From an uncultured Pelagibacteraceae bacterium (GTDB taxonomy: Bacteria; Pseudomonadota; Alphaproteobacteria; Pelagibacterales; AG-422-B15): DNA of 64,000 nucleotides. A program made the position numbers and the translations under genes. This document shows positions 43,005 through 53,121 of the stretch, piece by piece (the stretch's first letter is position 1; each line of letters opens with the position of its first letter). The notes under the pieces are model-generated. The model had not been told where the DNA came from, ran no database searches, and saw only the letters and a list, made by a program, of their open reading frames with translations. The stretch is from the NCBI GenBank assembly GCA_902584215.1, contig CACHYW010000002.1, positions 11,506 through 75,505 of the forward strand, read 5' to 3'.

Positions 43005-44593
43005 TTATTTATAATTGAGTCAGACGCCTTTTCAGCAATCATTACTGTTGATGCGTTCAGATTACCCGTAATAATATTAGGCATAATCGATGCATCTATG
43101 ACTCTCAATCCATCTATTCCGTATACTTTCAGCTCCTCGTCTACAACTGATAAATTATCTTTACCCATTTTACACGTACATGATGGATGGTATGCAGTAT
43201 CTCCTTTATCTCTTATAAAATTATTGAGATCTTCATCATTATTTATATTGCTTCCAGGTGAGATTTCTTCTCCTCTATATTCATCGAATTCTTTTTGATT
43301 AAATATCTCCCTTGCAATTTTTATTCCTTCTCGCATTTCTCTAAGATCATGTTCAGTTTGCATGTAATTGAATTGGATTGAAGGCGCATCGTTTGGATTA
43401 GCTGATTTTAATTTTACTGATCCTCTGCTAGTAGGTCGCATCGGTCCAACATGTGCTTGAAAAGCATGGCAGGTAGAGCTCTTTCTACCATGATCTAAAA
43501 CTAAAGATGGAAAAAAATGGAATTGCATATTTGGATAATCAGACATTTCATTGCTCCTCACAAATCCACCTGTTTCTAGATTAGAGTGTGCAGCAACACC
43601 CGTCTTAAACAAAAACCATTCAGCACCTATCAATGCCATTTTTAATGGGTTTTGAGCACTATGCAGTGTTACAGGCTTTTTACATTTATATTGAACATAG
43701 GTTTCAAGATGGTCTTGCAAGTTTTTCCCAACTCCCTCCAAACACTCTACTGGCTCAATGCTATATTTTGATAATTCATTTTCTGGACCAATTCCAGAAA
43801 GCATAAGTAGTTGAGGTGAATTTATAGCCCCAGCAGAAAGAAGGACCTCTTTGCTTGAAAAATATTTTTTATTTTCACCATTCGCCTTGCATTCAACCCC
43901 AACAGCTTTTTTATCCTCAAATAGTATCTTATTTACAGTTACGTTTGTTAATATTTCCAAGTTAGATCTGTGCTTTATTGGATGAAGATACGTAACGCTT
44001 GTACTTTGCCTCTTTCCATTAAAAATAGTTGTATCCATTAATCCAAAACCTTCTTGTCTTTCACCATTCATATCATTATTGATTTGATATCCAGCTTGTT
44101 GAGCGGCATTTAAATAAACTTGACTAAGAATATTGCCATTGGGCGATCTAGAAAGTTTTAATGGTCCCGACTCTCCTCGAAAATTTGCATCCAACCCCTC
44201 AACTGACTCAGATTTTTTAAAATAGGGTAGAACTTTATCGTAAGTCCAATCTGTTAAACCCAACTGTCCCCAGTTATCAAAATCTTTTGCATTGCCTCTT
44301 ACATGAACCATACCATTGTGAGAGGAACTTCCTCCCAACATCTTGCCCCTGGGGCAGAACATAGTCCTATTATGCATAAATGGCTCTGGCTCAGATTCAT
44401 AAAGATAATTATATTTTGGATCGTGCATTGTATAGAGCAGTGCTGCAGGCATTACAGTCTTCCAAGTCTTGTCTGAAGGTCCAGATTCTATTAGCAGGAC
44501 ATTAATAGCTTTATTTGATGAAAGGCGATTGGCTAGTACACAACCAGCACTACCAGCTCCAATTATAATGTAATCAAAATTATTTAATTTCAT
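43001..44593 (-). CDS. betA: GMC-family oxidoreductase, choline dehydrogenase-like
   Basis: FAD motif IIIGAGSAGCVLANRLS, GMC signatures, 530 aa; betaine-related neighbourhood. Confidence 0.75.
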   Translation of the reverse strand: MKLNNFDYIIIGAGSAGCVLANRLSSNKAINVLLIESGPSDKTWKTVMPAALLYTMHDPKYNYLYESEPEPFMHNRTMFCPRGKMLGGSSSHNGMVHVRGNAKDFDNWGQLGLTDWTYDKVLPYFKKSESVEGLDANFRGESGPLKLSRSPNGNILSQVYLNAAQQAGYQINNDMNGERQEGFGLMDTTIFNGKRQSTSVTYLHPIKHRSNLEILTNVTVNKILFEDKKAVGVECKANGENKKYFSSKEVLLSAGAINSPQLLMLSGIGPENELSKYSIEPVECLEGVGKNLQDHLETYVQYKCKKPVTLHSAQNPLKMALIGAEWFLFKTGVAAHSNLETGGFVRSNEMSDYPNMQFHFFPSLVLDHGRKSSTCHAFQAHVGPMRPTSRGSVKLKSANPNDAPSIQFNYMQTEHDLREMREGIKIAREIFNQKEFDEYRGEEISPGSNINNDEDLNNFIRDKGDTAYHPSCTCKMGKDNLSVVDEELKVYGIDGLRVIDASIMPNIITGNLNASTVMIAEKASDSIINN

Positions 44594-44638
44594 GAAATGA
44601 TTTTATCAAATATTATATTTATAGTACAACATTAGATA

Positions 44639-45535
44639 ATGTTAAAAAACTTAAATCCAAGTTTAGCAATAGTATTATCTACTCTGCTTTGGGGCACATG
44701 GTGGTATCCTTTGCGTTTATTAAATGAGTATGCAAACAATAATGCGATACCACTAACATTAAGCTTTATGCTTGCTGGCTTTTTTCTTTTAAGTTTTTCA
44801 CTTCGAAACGTACATTTATTAACAAAAAAAAATATAATACTTACGATAGTTGCAGCGACCGCAGGTGCGGCTGCAATGTGTCTATACAATGAAGGATTAT
44901 TACGTGGGAACGTAGCAAGGATTTTAATATTTTTCTATCTTACAGCTGTGTGGAGTACAATTATTGAGATCTTATTTTTAAGGACTCCTTTAACTATATA
45001 CAGGGCCTTTTCTATAGCAGCCGGATTCACTGGTCTTTTTATTATAACGGGGCTGGACAAAGGTAATATTTTGCCAACTTCCCTTGCTGATTTATTCGGT
45101 ATAACTTCTGGGTTTTTGTGGTCAGTTTGTGCAACTATAATCAGAATTAATAAGGAATTGGATGTTAACTTTGGGACTTCAATCTTCATACTCATTGGGG
45201 GACTATTTGTTATCATTGCAACTCTTTTGCCTGATGGACAAGTGCTAATAGGTTTCAATACTGAGATAATATCTAATACTTATATAATAATTTTAATATT
45301 CGCTTTTATTTGGTTGCTTCCTGGATATTGGCTTATTACTTTCGGCCAAGATCAAGTAGATCCAGGTAGGGCTGGTATTCTGCTAATGTTCGAAGTTGTT
45401 ATTGGCATCATATCTGCATATCTATTAGCCAATGAAATTATTACAATGAGAGAATTTATTGGCGCGGTATTTGTTATGAGTGCTCCATTGATAGAGATAT
45501 ATGCTGGAAATAAATTAGATAAATCAGTAGCTTAG
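44639..45535 (+). CDS. DMT-superfamily (EamA-like) transporter
   Basis: About 10 TM segments in 298 aa with two-repeat organisation. Confidence 0.65.
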   Translation: MLKNLNPSLAIVLSTLLWGTWWYPLRLLNEYANNNAIPLTLSFMLAGFFLLSFSLRNVHLLTKKNIILTIVAATAGAAAMCLYNEGLLRGNVARILIFFYLTAVWSTIIEILFLRTPLTIYRAFSIAAGFTGLFIITGLDKGNILPTSLADLFGITSGFLWSVCATIIRINKELDVNFGTSIFILIGGLFVIIATLLPDGQVLIGFNTEIISNTYIIILIFAFIWLLPGYWLITFGQDQVDPGRAGILLMFEVVIGIISAYLLANEIITMREFIGAVFVMSAPLIEIYAGNKLDKSVA

Positions 45536-45638
45536 AATTTTCCTATAAACTATTAAAATTTCCCCCTTTTTACCTAGATAGTAGGATGGATATATGTTTC
45601 AATTGAATCATACAAAAAATTAAAAATGGGAGTTATGA

Positions 45639-46655
45639 ATGAGTTTATTCTCTAGAAAATCGATTATTGCAATATTCCTTATAGGTTTTGCGATGATCTT
45701 TGCTGTCAGTTGTGACAGAAATCAAGAAGTTTCTGACTGTGGTACTATTTCGGTTGCTGAAATGGATTGGGCATCAGCAGAAATGTTTGCTAATTTAGAT
45801 AAAGTTGTTTTAGAAAAGGGATTTGGATGTGATGTCGAGTTAGTCCCTGGTTCAACACAACCAACAACTGCGTCAATGGTTTCTAAAGGGGAGCCAGATG
45901 TTGCGCCTGAAATGTGGGCAAATGCAAATAGAATTGAACTTGATAAAGCTGTTGATGAAGGCAAGCTTCATTATGGCGCTATGGTTCTTTCAAGTTATGG
46001 TGAAGAAGGCTGGTGGATTCCACAATATTTAGCTGACGCAAATCCTGACATTCAAACAGTTGAGGACGCGCTTGCTAGACCAGATTTATTCCCACATCCT
46101 GAAGGTGGTGATGGAGCTCTTCACACTTGTCCGTCGGGTTGGAACTGTCAAATAAGCACTGGCAATTTATTTAAGGCTTTTGACGCTGAGTCCAAAGGCT
46201 TTAGACTTGTTGACCCTGGTTCTGGAGCTGGTTTAGATGGCTCAATCGCAGAAGCGTATAATAAAAAACAAGGTTGGATGGGATATTATTGGGCTCCAAC
46301 AGCAATTCTTGGAAAGTATCCAATGAAAAGACTAGATTTCGGAGTTCCGTTTGATGCCGATGAATGGGCTAATTGCACATCTCAAGATTGCGCCGATCCA
46401 AAAAAGAATTCTTGGGTTTTATCTGAAGTCTTCACTTACGTAACAGATCGCTTTAAAAATCAAGCGGGTAGTGGCGCCATGGATTACATGGAGAAACGAG
46501 CATTGCCTAACACAACTGTTAATGAAGTGTTAGCTTGGATGGCTGATCAGCAAGCCTCTGGAGAGGATGCTGCACTATATTTCTTAAAAAATTATAGTGA
46601 GTGGCACGATTGGGTTGATGCTGATACACGTAAACAAATAGAAGCAGCTATATAA
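45639..46655 (+). CDS. proX: Glycine betaine-type ABC transporter substrate-binding lipoprotein (OpuAC/ProX family)
   Basis: Lipobox FAVSC, aromatic-rich ligand-box segments (EMDWASAE, EEGWWIP, GYYWAP); followed by permease and ATPase. Confidence 0.8.
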   Translation: MSLFSRKSIIAIFLIGFAMIFAVSCDRNQEVSDCGTISVAEMDWASAEMFANLDKVVLEKGFGCDVELVPGSTQPTTASMVSKGEPDVAPEMWANANRIELDKAVDEGKLHYGAMVLSSYGEEGWWIPQYLADANPDIQTVEDALARPDLFPHPEGGDGALHTCPSGWNCQISTGNLFKAFDAESKGFRLVDPGSGAGLDGSIAEAYNKKQGWMGYYWAPTAILGKYPMKRLDFGVPFDADEWANCTSQDCADPKKNSWVLSEVFTYVTDRFKNQAGSGAMDYMEKRALPNTTVNEVLAWMADQQASGEDAALYFLKNYSEWHDWVDADTRKQIEAAI

Positions 46656-46666
46656 CAGCTGATAAC

Positions 46667-46700
46667 AGCGGGCTAAATTCTTTTTAGCCCGCTTTTTTTT
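46667..46700 (+). terminator. Rho-independent terminator between proX and proW
   Basis: 10-bp GC-rich stem AGCGGGCTAA / TTAGCCCGCT, 7-nt loop, then a T run; it ends 3 nt before the proW ATG. Confidence 0.7.
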
Positions 46701-46703
46701 AAG

Positions 46704-47600
46704 ATGAACTTAATAGAATTTTTTACTTCATTCCCTGAAATGAGCGCTGAAAGTCTTAGACTTTTTAAAAAGTCAGTTGATGGCGCTTATCGGAATTTTT
46801 CTGCAAAATATGGCGATGCTATTGAAGCTGTTTTTGATCCAGTTCTTTATTTCTTAGTTTGGTTTGAAAAGCTTCTTCATAATTCACCGTGGCCACTTGT
46901 AATACTTGCTTTACTTGGCTTGGTATACCTAGGAAGTAGAAGTATTTATCTAACTATTGGATCATTATTTGCGTTTTTGTTCATTGGATATTTTGGAATG
47001 TGGGATGATACTATGTCTACTGTAAGTATCATTGGTGTTTGTACTGCACTGACCATTGGATTTGGAATTCCTGTTGGTATCCTTATGTCTGGTAGCGATA
47101 GAGCGAGAGCAATGATTACCCCCATCTTGGATGTCATGCAAACTATGCCAAGCTTTGTTTATCTCATTCCTGTTGTTATGTTACTTGGTATTGGAAAAAT
47201 TCCCGGTTTACTAGCTGTAATTATTTATGCCATACCTCCAGTGATTAGACTCACTGACTTAGGAATAAGAGAAGTCAATAAAGAGGTCTTAGAAGCAGCT
47301 GACGCTTTTGGAGCTAACAGAATGCAAAAATTATTTCGAGTACAGCTCCCTTTAGCCTTGCCCACAATTTTTGCTGGAATTAACCAAACAATCATGATGG
47401 CGCTAGCCATGGTTGTTATCGCTTCAATGATTGGTGTTAAGGGCCTTGGCCAACCAGTTTTAAAGGCAATAACAAATCAATACTTTACGATGGGATTACT
47501 TAATGGTTTAGCCATCGTAGCACTAGCAATTATTTTTGATAGAGTATCTCAATCTTACGGGAAAAGAATGCAACAGCATAGAGCGGGCGCAAATGAGTGA
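46704..47600 (+). CDS. proW: Glycine betaine ABC transporter permease
   Basis: BPD-transporter permease with an EAA-like loop (EAADAFGANRMQKLFRVQLPLA). Confidence 0.85.
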   Translation: MNLIEFFTSFPEMSAESLRLFKKSVDGAYRNFSAKYGDAIEAVFDPVLYFLVWFEKLLHNSPWPLVILALLGLVYLGSRSIYLTIGSLFAFLFIGYFGMWDDTMSTVSIIGVCTALTIGFGIPVGILMSGSDRARAMITPILDVMQTMPSFVYLIPVVMLLGIGKIPGLLAVIIYAIPPVIRLTDLGIREVNKEVLEAADAFGANRMQKLFRVQLPLALPTIFAGINQTIMMALAMVVIASMIGVKGLGQPVLKAITNQYFTMGLLNGLAIVALAIIFDRVSQSYGKRMQQHRAGANE

Positions 47601-48618
47601 AATTAAAATCAAAATTGAAAATTTGTATAAAATATTTGGACCTAGGGCAAGAGAGTACACTAATAAGGTAAAAGGTGGGATTGATAAAGATGAACTCCTC
47701 GCGAAATACAATCATGTATTGGGACTGGACGATATAAATCTAGATATAAAGGAACAGTCTATACAAGTTGTAATGGGTTTATCTGGTTCAGGAAAATCGA
47801 CACTTATTCGTCATATCAATCGCTTGATAGAACCAACAGAAGGAACGGTATTGGTTGATGGAGAAGATATAACTAAACTGAATAAAGCAGATTTACTTGA
47901 GTTTAGAAGAAATAAAACGGGAATGGTATTCCAGAGATTTGCTCTTTTTCCCCATCATAACATATTGGACAATGTTCAATTTGGACTAAGTATAAAAAAT
48001 TTAGACAAATCTGAGTCAAAGGACAAAGCAATGTATTGGATTGAAAAAGTAGGACTCACAGGATTTGAAAATAAATTTCCAAATCAATTATCAGGTGGCA
48101 TGCAACAAAGGGTTGGGCTGGCTCGAGCACTTGCTATAGATCCTGATATCCTATTAATGGATGAAGCATTTAGCGCATTAGACCCACTTATAAGGACTGA
48201 TATGCAAGACCAGCTTCTAGATTTGCAAAAAAATCTAAAAAAAACAATTATTTTTATAACCCATGATTTAGATGAGGCTCTTAAATTAGGAGATAGAATT
48301 GCTATCCTAAATGGTGGAAAACTTGTTCAAGATGGTAATGCTGAAGAAATCCTACTCAATCCCGCTGATGAGTATGTTTCTAATTTCGTTAAAGATGTGA
48401 ATCGAATTAAAGTTTTGAAAATTGGATCTATAATGAACGCAAATGGAAATAAGAATGAGTCTAATCCATCGGTAATGATCGATGAAAGTATAGAAAACTG
48501 CCTACCTACTATGCTTGAAAGTGAGTCGGGTCTTAACGTCGTTGATAGTGAAAAGAATTTTGTTGGTGTAATTTCCAAGAATAATATTGCTGAAATCTTA
48601 AGAAAATCTAAGGATTAA
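47593..48618 (+). CDS. proV: Glycine betaine ABC transporter ATP-binding protein with C-terminal CBS region
   Basis: Walker A GLSGSGKST, signature LSGGMQQRV, Walker B ILLMDEAFSALD. The ATG at 47593 (MSEIKIKIENLYKIFG) is preferred to the track start at 47536. Confidence 0.85.
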   Translation: MSEIKIKIENLYKIFGPRAREYTNKVKGGIDKDELLAKYNHVLGLDDINLDIKEQSIQVVMGLSGSGKSTLIRHINRLIEPTEGTVLVDGEDITKLNKADLLEFRRNKTGMVFQRFALFPHHNILDNVQFGLSIKNLDKSESKDKAMYWIEKVGLTGFENKFPNQLSGGMQQRVGLARALAIDPDILLMDEAFSALDPLIRTDMQDQLLDLQKNLKKTIIFITHDLDEALKLGDRIAILNGGKLVQDGNAEEILLNPADEYVSNFVKDVNRIKVLKIGSIMNANGNKNESNPSVMIDESIENCLPTMLESESGLNVVDSEKNFVGVISKNNIAEILRKSKD

Positions 48619-49750
48619 TTTTATTTAAAAAATTAAGCCTTCCTATTATTTCATCTCTATCAATATAATATCCCTGCAAGTGTCTCTCACCAGAATTAGC
48701 ATCGTATTCTTTTCTACCGTGAAGTACCCGTCTATTATTAAAGCTGAATATATCACCAGCTTTAAGTCTGAAATTTATTTCAAATTTAGGATCGTGAAGT
48801 AAAGCGATTAGTTTTCGGTAAGCTTCGTAAAACTTATCCATTTGGTTGGGGTCACAGTCCATAATTCCCATATAGGCAACACTAAACCTTATGTCGTTAA
48901 AATCATTATTATGATCTAAAGAAAATAGAGGTTTATGCATTACCCTTATAGCATTTGAAGTATAATCTCTATTTACAAATTTAACAGGCGTCTCCAAGAG
49001 AGTTTCAAAATATTCTGTATAATTTGCTTTCATGTAACTAGCAACTTTGAATCCATCTACTGCGACAGATTCGCCTCCAGAAGCGTTGTTGATCAAGCAA
49101 TGCAAAAATTGATATCCTGGTGCTATTTCATAGTATGGAAGATCTAAATGGTTCCTTAATGCAGCTGCGGTATACGCAGAATTGTTAGGATTAGGAATAT
49201 CAATAACTTCAAAAGGTGTTTTAAAAAATGTTTCTCTATGGTGACTAATATTAGCAATTACATCAAAACCAGATTCCTTATCCGTAGGTGCATTTTTAAC
49301 AATAGAAATACCTTTGTAGTGAAGCTGCTCAAGCCACTTTTTAATTCCATCATCTCCACTAATAATTTCTTTATAGTCTATTTGAATGTCTTCAAAATTA
49401 GATTCTATACGATGATCCCATAGAAAATATGGGGAAATATATGTTTTTTTACTTTTAAGTGTGTAGCAATTATGTCTTAGCCAATCGCTATCATAGTAGC
49501 TTATATGATCACCTTCACTCCATTCAATCTCAAGCGCCCCTTTATCATTTATCTTATAAGACTTTGGGTGAATATCATCTGTAACCGTTAAAAGGTTGAA
49601 AGTTCTCTCTCTTGCAGTTGGATGAACTTCTGATGGACAATTATCTCTCAGCCATAAAAAATTAAATTTACTTTGTTCACCATCGCTCCAATCAACTAGT
49701 ATTGATTTTCCATTTCGTTTCAATGATGATATAAATGGATTTTGACTCAT
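48608..49750 (-). CDS. Gamma-butyrobetaine hydroxylase-like Fe(II)/2OG dioxygenase (DUF971 N-domain + TauD fold)
   Basis: N-domain FLWLRDNC...; facial triad H-L-D (RNHLDLPYY) and distal His (RRVLHGRKEY); 380 aa. Confidence 0.7.
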   Translation of the reverse strand: MSQNPFISSLKRNGKSILVDWSDGEQSKFNFLWLRDNCPSEVHPTARERTFNLLTVTDDIHPKSYKINDKGALEIEWSEGDHISYYDSDWLRHNCYTLKSKKTYISPYFLWDHRIESNFEDIQIDYKEIISGDDGIKKWLEQLHYKGISIVKNAPTDKESGFDVIANISHHRETFFKTPFEVIDIPNPNNSAYTAAALRNHLDLPYYEIAPGYQFLHCLINNASGGESVAVDGFKVASYMKANYTEYFETLLETPVKFVNRDYTSNAIRVMHKPLFSLDHNNDFNDIRFSVAYMGIMDCDPNQMDKFYEAYRKLIALLHDPKFEINFRLKAGDIFSFNNRRVLHGRKEYDANSGERHLQGYYIDRDEIIGRLNFLNKINP

Positions 49751-49753
49751 AGC

Positions 49754-50725
49754 TTATTTAAATTTGTTATATTTTTTGTCCCAATTTGGAAACTTATTCT
49801 TTTGATTTTTATTTAAAGTTTTCATAATTTCAATCAAAAATAAATCTCTTTGTTCCTCAAGCTCTTTGATACTAAACTTCCCAGCCTGTTTTTTTGTACC
49901 AGAAATCATTGATTCTTTTAATTTACTCGATAATTCAGGCGCTTTCAATTTAGTCCAAGGCAGCTTTAGAGCAGGACCAAACTGCTCTAGCATATGTTTC
50001 ATTCCTGTTTCTCCACCAGCTAAATGAAATGTTAAACATACTCCCATAAAGGCCCATCTTAATCCAGGCCCGTACACAATAGCGTCATCAACTTCTTCAG
50101 TTGATGCTACGCCATCATTTATTATATGCAAGGCCTCACGCCATAAAGCTTCTTGAAGTCTATCTGAAATGTATCCTTCTATCTCTTTTCGAACAACAAG
50201 GGGTCGCATTCCAATATGTTCATATATTTTTTTTAATTTTTTTACATTTGTATGACTAGTCTTTTTACCAGCTACGATCTCAACAAGTGGTAATAAGTAT
50301 ACCGGATTAAATGGATGTCCAATTAATACCCTTTCAGGAAATTTACATGGAGATTGAATTTTTGATGGTAGTAATCCAGAGGAACTGGATGCAATTATAA
50401 TGTCTTTTGGAATGATATTATCAATTTTTTTTAAAATGTTTTTTTTAATTTTTTCATTTTCAGGTGCGTTTTCTTGAACAAAGGTTGTTTCATGTAATGC
50501 GTCATTCAGGTTAGTAAAAACTCTAAGTTTCTTCAATGAAGCATTTTTATTTAAACCTATCTTTTTAATACTTTTAAATGCAAATCGAATATTTTTTTTT
50601 AATTTCTCAAGTGTTTCAATATTTGGGTCATAAGCTTTAACAATATAGCCTTTAGCAAGAAATCGTGCAGCCCATCCAGCACCAATTACACCTGTTCCAA
50701 TAATCGAAACAATTTTTTTTTTCAA
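49754..50725 (-). CDS. 3-hydroxyacyl-CoA-dehydrogenase-fold enzyme, L-carnitine dehydrogenase candidate
   Basis: Rossmann [20 protein letters not shown], ~320 aa; 4-nt overlap with the upstream BKACE gene, as in carnitine (cdh) operons. Confidence 0.6.
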   Translation of the reverse strand: MKKKIVSIIGTGVIGAGWAARFLAKGYIVKAYDPNIETLEKLKKNIRFAFKSIKKIGLNKNASLKKLRVFTNLNDALHETTFVQENAPENEKIKKNILKKIDNIIPKDIIIASSSSGLLPSKIQSPCKFPERVLIGHPFNPVYLLPLVEIVAGKKTSHTNVKKLKKIYEHIGMRPLVVRKEIEGYISDRLQEALWREALHIINDGVASTEEVDDAIVYGPGLRWAFMGVCLTFHLAGGETGMKHMLEQFGPALKLPWTKLKAPELSSKLKESMISGTKKQAGKFSIKELEEQRDLFLIEIMKTLNKNQKNKFPNWDKKYNKFK

Positions 50726-51606
50726 CTTATTAATCCAAGATGTATTCTTGCTTCATCAGGACCCATTACATTTGAGCCTAAATTATTAATTATTGTAGCA
50801 GCTTTTTCAACAAGTGATCCATTCGTAGCATAAACACCTTTTTCTAAATAAAGATTATCTTCAAGTCCAACTCTAACATTGCCTCCTAATAAAACAGCTT
50901 GTGCTACCATCGGCATTTGATTAATTCCGATTCCAAATGCGCCCCAGTTACTTCCTTTAGGTATCATATCAACCATATTTTTCATTGACCCAGTTGTTGC
51001 AGGCGCACCGAAGGGTATACCTAAACAAATTTGAAACAATGATGGCTGATCTAGTAAGCCTTCTTCTAACATTTGATTTGCAAACCATAAATGACCTGTA
51101 TCAAAGACTTCAAGTTCTGGTTTAACTCCTAATTCTTGAATTCTCTTAGCACCTATTCTTAGTTGTTCAGGGGTTCCAACATAGATCATATTTCCATCAC
51201 CAAAATTTAGAGTACCACAATCTAAGGAACATATATCAGGCAGAAGTTCTTCAACATGACTCAGTCTTTCAAGTGCATTTACAAAATCTGTATTTGATCC
51301 AAAGTTTAATAAATCATCTTCTGGACCAATTTCTATATCTCCTCCCATTCCACTTGTGAGATTAATTATCACATTAGTCCCGCTATCTTTAATTCGGCTG
51401 ACTACTTCTTTGTAAAGCTCATTATCTCGAGATCCCTTTCCAGTTTCAGGATTTCTTACATGAATATGGGCTATAGCAGCTCCAGCATTAGCAGCTTCAA
51501 TAGATGCATCAGCTATTTGTTGAGGAGTAACAGGAATATTAGGATGCTTTCCAACAGAGTCCCCCGATCCGGTAACTGCACAAGAAATGATAACATTTTT
51601 ATTCAT
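50722..51606 (-). CDS. BKACE-family (DUF849) beta-keto acid cleavage enzyme, dehydrocarnitine cleavage candidate
   Basis: [12 protein letters not shown]...[12 protein letters not shown]...[16 protein letters not shown] is characteristic of BKACE. The start at Met29 (51606) is preferred to the track start at 51690. Confidence 0.75.
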   Translation of the reverse strand: MNKNVIISCAVTGSGDSVGKHPNIPVTPQQIADASIEAANAGAAIAHIHVRNPETGKGSRDNELYKEVVSRIKDSGTNVIINLTSGMGGDIEIGPEDDLLNFGSNTDFVNALERLSHVEELLPDICSLDCGTLNFGDGNMIYVGTPEQLRIGAKRIQELGVKPELEVFDTGHLWFANQMLEEGLLDQPSLFQICLGIPFGAPATTGSMKNMVDMIPKGSNWGAFGIGINQMPMVAQAVLLGGNVRVGLEDNLYLEKGVYATNGSLVEKAATIINNLGSNVMGPDEARIHLGLIS

Positions 51607-51675
51607 AAGATAATGAAGGTACAATATTAAAAAGAATTTACAATTTGAATAGTATAGTATGTAATAAAAAACAAA

Positions 51676-53100
51676 ATGGAAAATCTTCAAAAATTTTATA
51701 TTAACGGTAAATGGGTAAAACCCAATTCAATTAAAACAATGGCGGTACTCAACCCCGCAACAGAAGATTTGATAGGTGAGATAATTCTTGGTAATTCCAC
51801 AGATGTAGATATGGCTGTGAGTGCTGCAAAAAATGCATTTAATACCTTTTCTAAAACTTCGAAGAATGATCGTTTAGAATTACTTAATAAAATTCGGCAA
51901 ATCTCTGAAAAAAGATTTGAAGATCTTGCTAATGCGATGACATCAGAAATGGGAGCTCCTCATAGAATGGCTCGAGATGCACAGGCAGATGCTGCTATAG
52001 GACATTTAGATGGTTTTATTGATGCGTTAAAGAAGCATGAAGAAAAAATTGTTCTTTCCAATTCGGATGTACTTTTAAAAGAGCCAATAGGAGTTTGTGG
52101 TTTAATTACTCCTTGGAACTGGCCCATTAATCAAATAACATTGAAAGTCCTTCCTGTTATTGCTACAGGATGCACTTGTATCTTAAAGCCATCTGAGCAT
52201 ACACCTTTATCAGCGATGGTTTACGCTGAAATTCTTGATGAGGCTGGAGTTCCTGATGGCGTATTTAATTTAGTACATGGAGATGGAGAAGGAGTAGGAG
52301 TGTCGATGTCTCGGCATCCAGATATAGAAATGATGTCATTTACTGGTTCAAAAAGAGGAGGTAAGTCAGTTACCATTGAATCAGCGGAAACTGTAAAAAA
52401 AGTAACTTTAGAATTAGGTGGTAAATCCCCTAATATTGTATTTGCAGATTGTGACTTAGAAGAAAAAGTAAAAGATTCAGTAAATGAATGTATGTTTAAT
52501 ACAGGACAATCTTGTGATGCTCCTACAAGGTTACTGGTAGAAAAAAAATGCTACGATGAAGTAATTGATATTGCAAAAAAAACTGCTGAAGAAATTAAGG
52601 TAGGTGATCCGATACTAGATGGTGAGCATCTAGGGCCACTTTTTGATAAAATTCAATTTGATCGGGTTCAAAATATGATTCAAGTTGGTATTGATGAAGG
52701 AGCAAAATTATTAGTAGGTGGCCTTGGAAAGCCCGATGGCCATGAAAAAGGATGGTTTGTAAAACCAACAATTTTTTCTGACGTAAATAATAATATGAGA
52801 GTTGCCCAAGAGGAAATATTTGGTCCGGTATTAGTTATAATTCCTTTTAATGACGAGGATGAGGCAATCAGAATAGCAAATGATACCCCTTATGGTCTTG
52901 CTGCTTATTTGCAAACGGGAGATAAAGAAAGAGCAGAAAGGGTCTCGAGGCAATTAAGAGCAGGTGGTGTTCATGTTAATGGTGGTGGTTATAATTATGG
53001 TTCACCTTTTGGAGGATATAAAGAATCTGGTAATGGCCGAGAAGGTGGAGAAATGGGGCTTGAAGATTACCTTGAAACTAAAGCACTTCACATTGCCTAA
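51676..53100 (+). CDS. NAD(P)+-dependent aldehyde dehydrogenase (betaine-aldehyde or trimethylaminobutyraldehyde dehydrogenase candidate)
   Basis: ALDH motifs ELGGKSP (Glu) and [11 protein letters not shown] (Cys); 474 aa. Substrate cannot be assigned from sequence alone. Confidence 0.8.
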   Translation: MENLQKFYINGKWVKPNSIKTMAVLNPATEDLIGEIILGNSTDVDMAVSAAKNAFNTFSKTSKNDRLELLNKIRQISEKRFEDLANAMTSEMGAPHRMARDAQADAAIGHLDGFIDALKKHEEKIVLSNSDVLLKEPIGVCGLITPWNWPINQITLKVLPVIATGCTCILKPSEHTPLSAMVYAEILDEAGVPDGVFNLVHGDGEGVGVSMSRHPDIEMMSFTGSKRGGKSVTIESAETVKKVTLELGGKSPNIVFADCDLEEKVKDSVNECMFNTGQSCDAPTRLLVEKKCYDEVIDIAKKTAEEIKVGDPILDGEHLGPLFDKIQFDRVQNMIQVGIDEGAKLLVGGLGKPDGHEKGWFVKPTIFSDVNNNMRVAQEEIFGPVLVIIPFNDEDEAIRIANDTPYGLAAYLQTGDKERAERVSRQLRAGGVHVNGGGYNYGSPFGGYKESGNGREGGEMGLEDYLETKALHIA

Positions 53101-53121
53101 GAAATAATTAAATTTTGTGAT

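Noticed and set aside
45536-45638. Possible riboswitch or leader upstream of the betaine-binding protein gene.
   Set aside because: It is only about 100 nt of AT-rich sequence with no conserved stems that I could fold. The 8-codon uORF (MFQLNHTK) has no SD. Nothing matches glycine or other riboswitch cores by eye.
47536-47592. Extended starts proposed by the ORF track: proV at 47536, BKACE at 51690, pal at 32383, cupin-like ORF at 58841, HDAC at 60143 and zapA at 26010.
   Set aside because: These extensions overlap the upstream gene or tRNA, or add hydrophobic or AT-codon junk before the conserved N-terminus. An in-frame ATG at the homologous N-terminus exists in each case.
51607-51675. Operator-like repeats in the divergent BKACE / aldehyde dehydrogenase control region (TACAAT twice, TAGTATAGTATG).
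   Set aside because: The short AT-rich repeats are indistinguishable from -10-like hexamers expected by chance in this composition. No palindrome is present and no regulator gene lies nearby.
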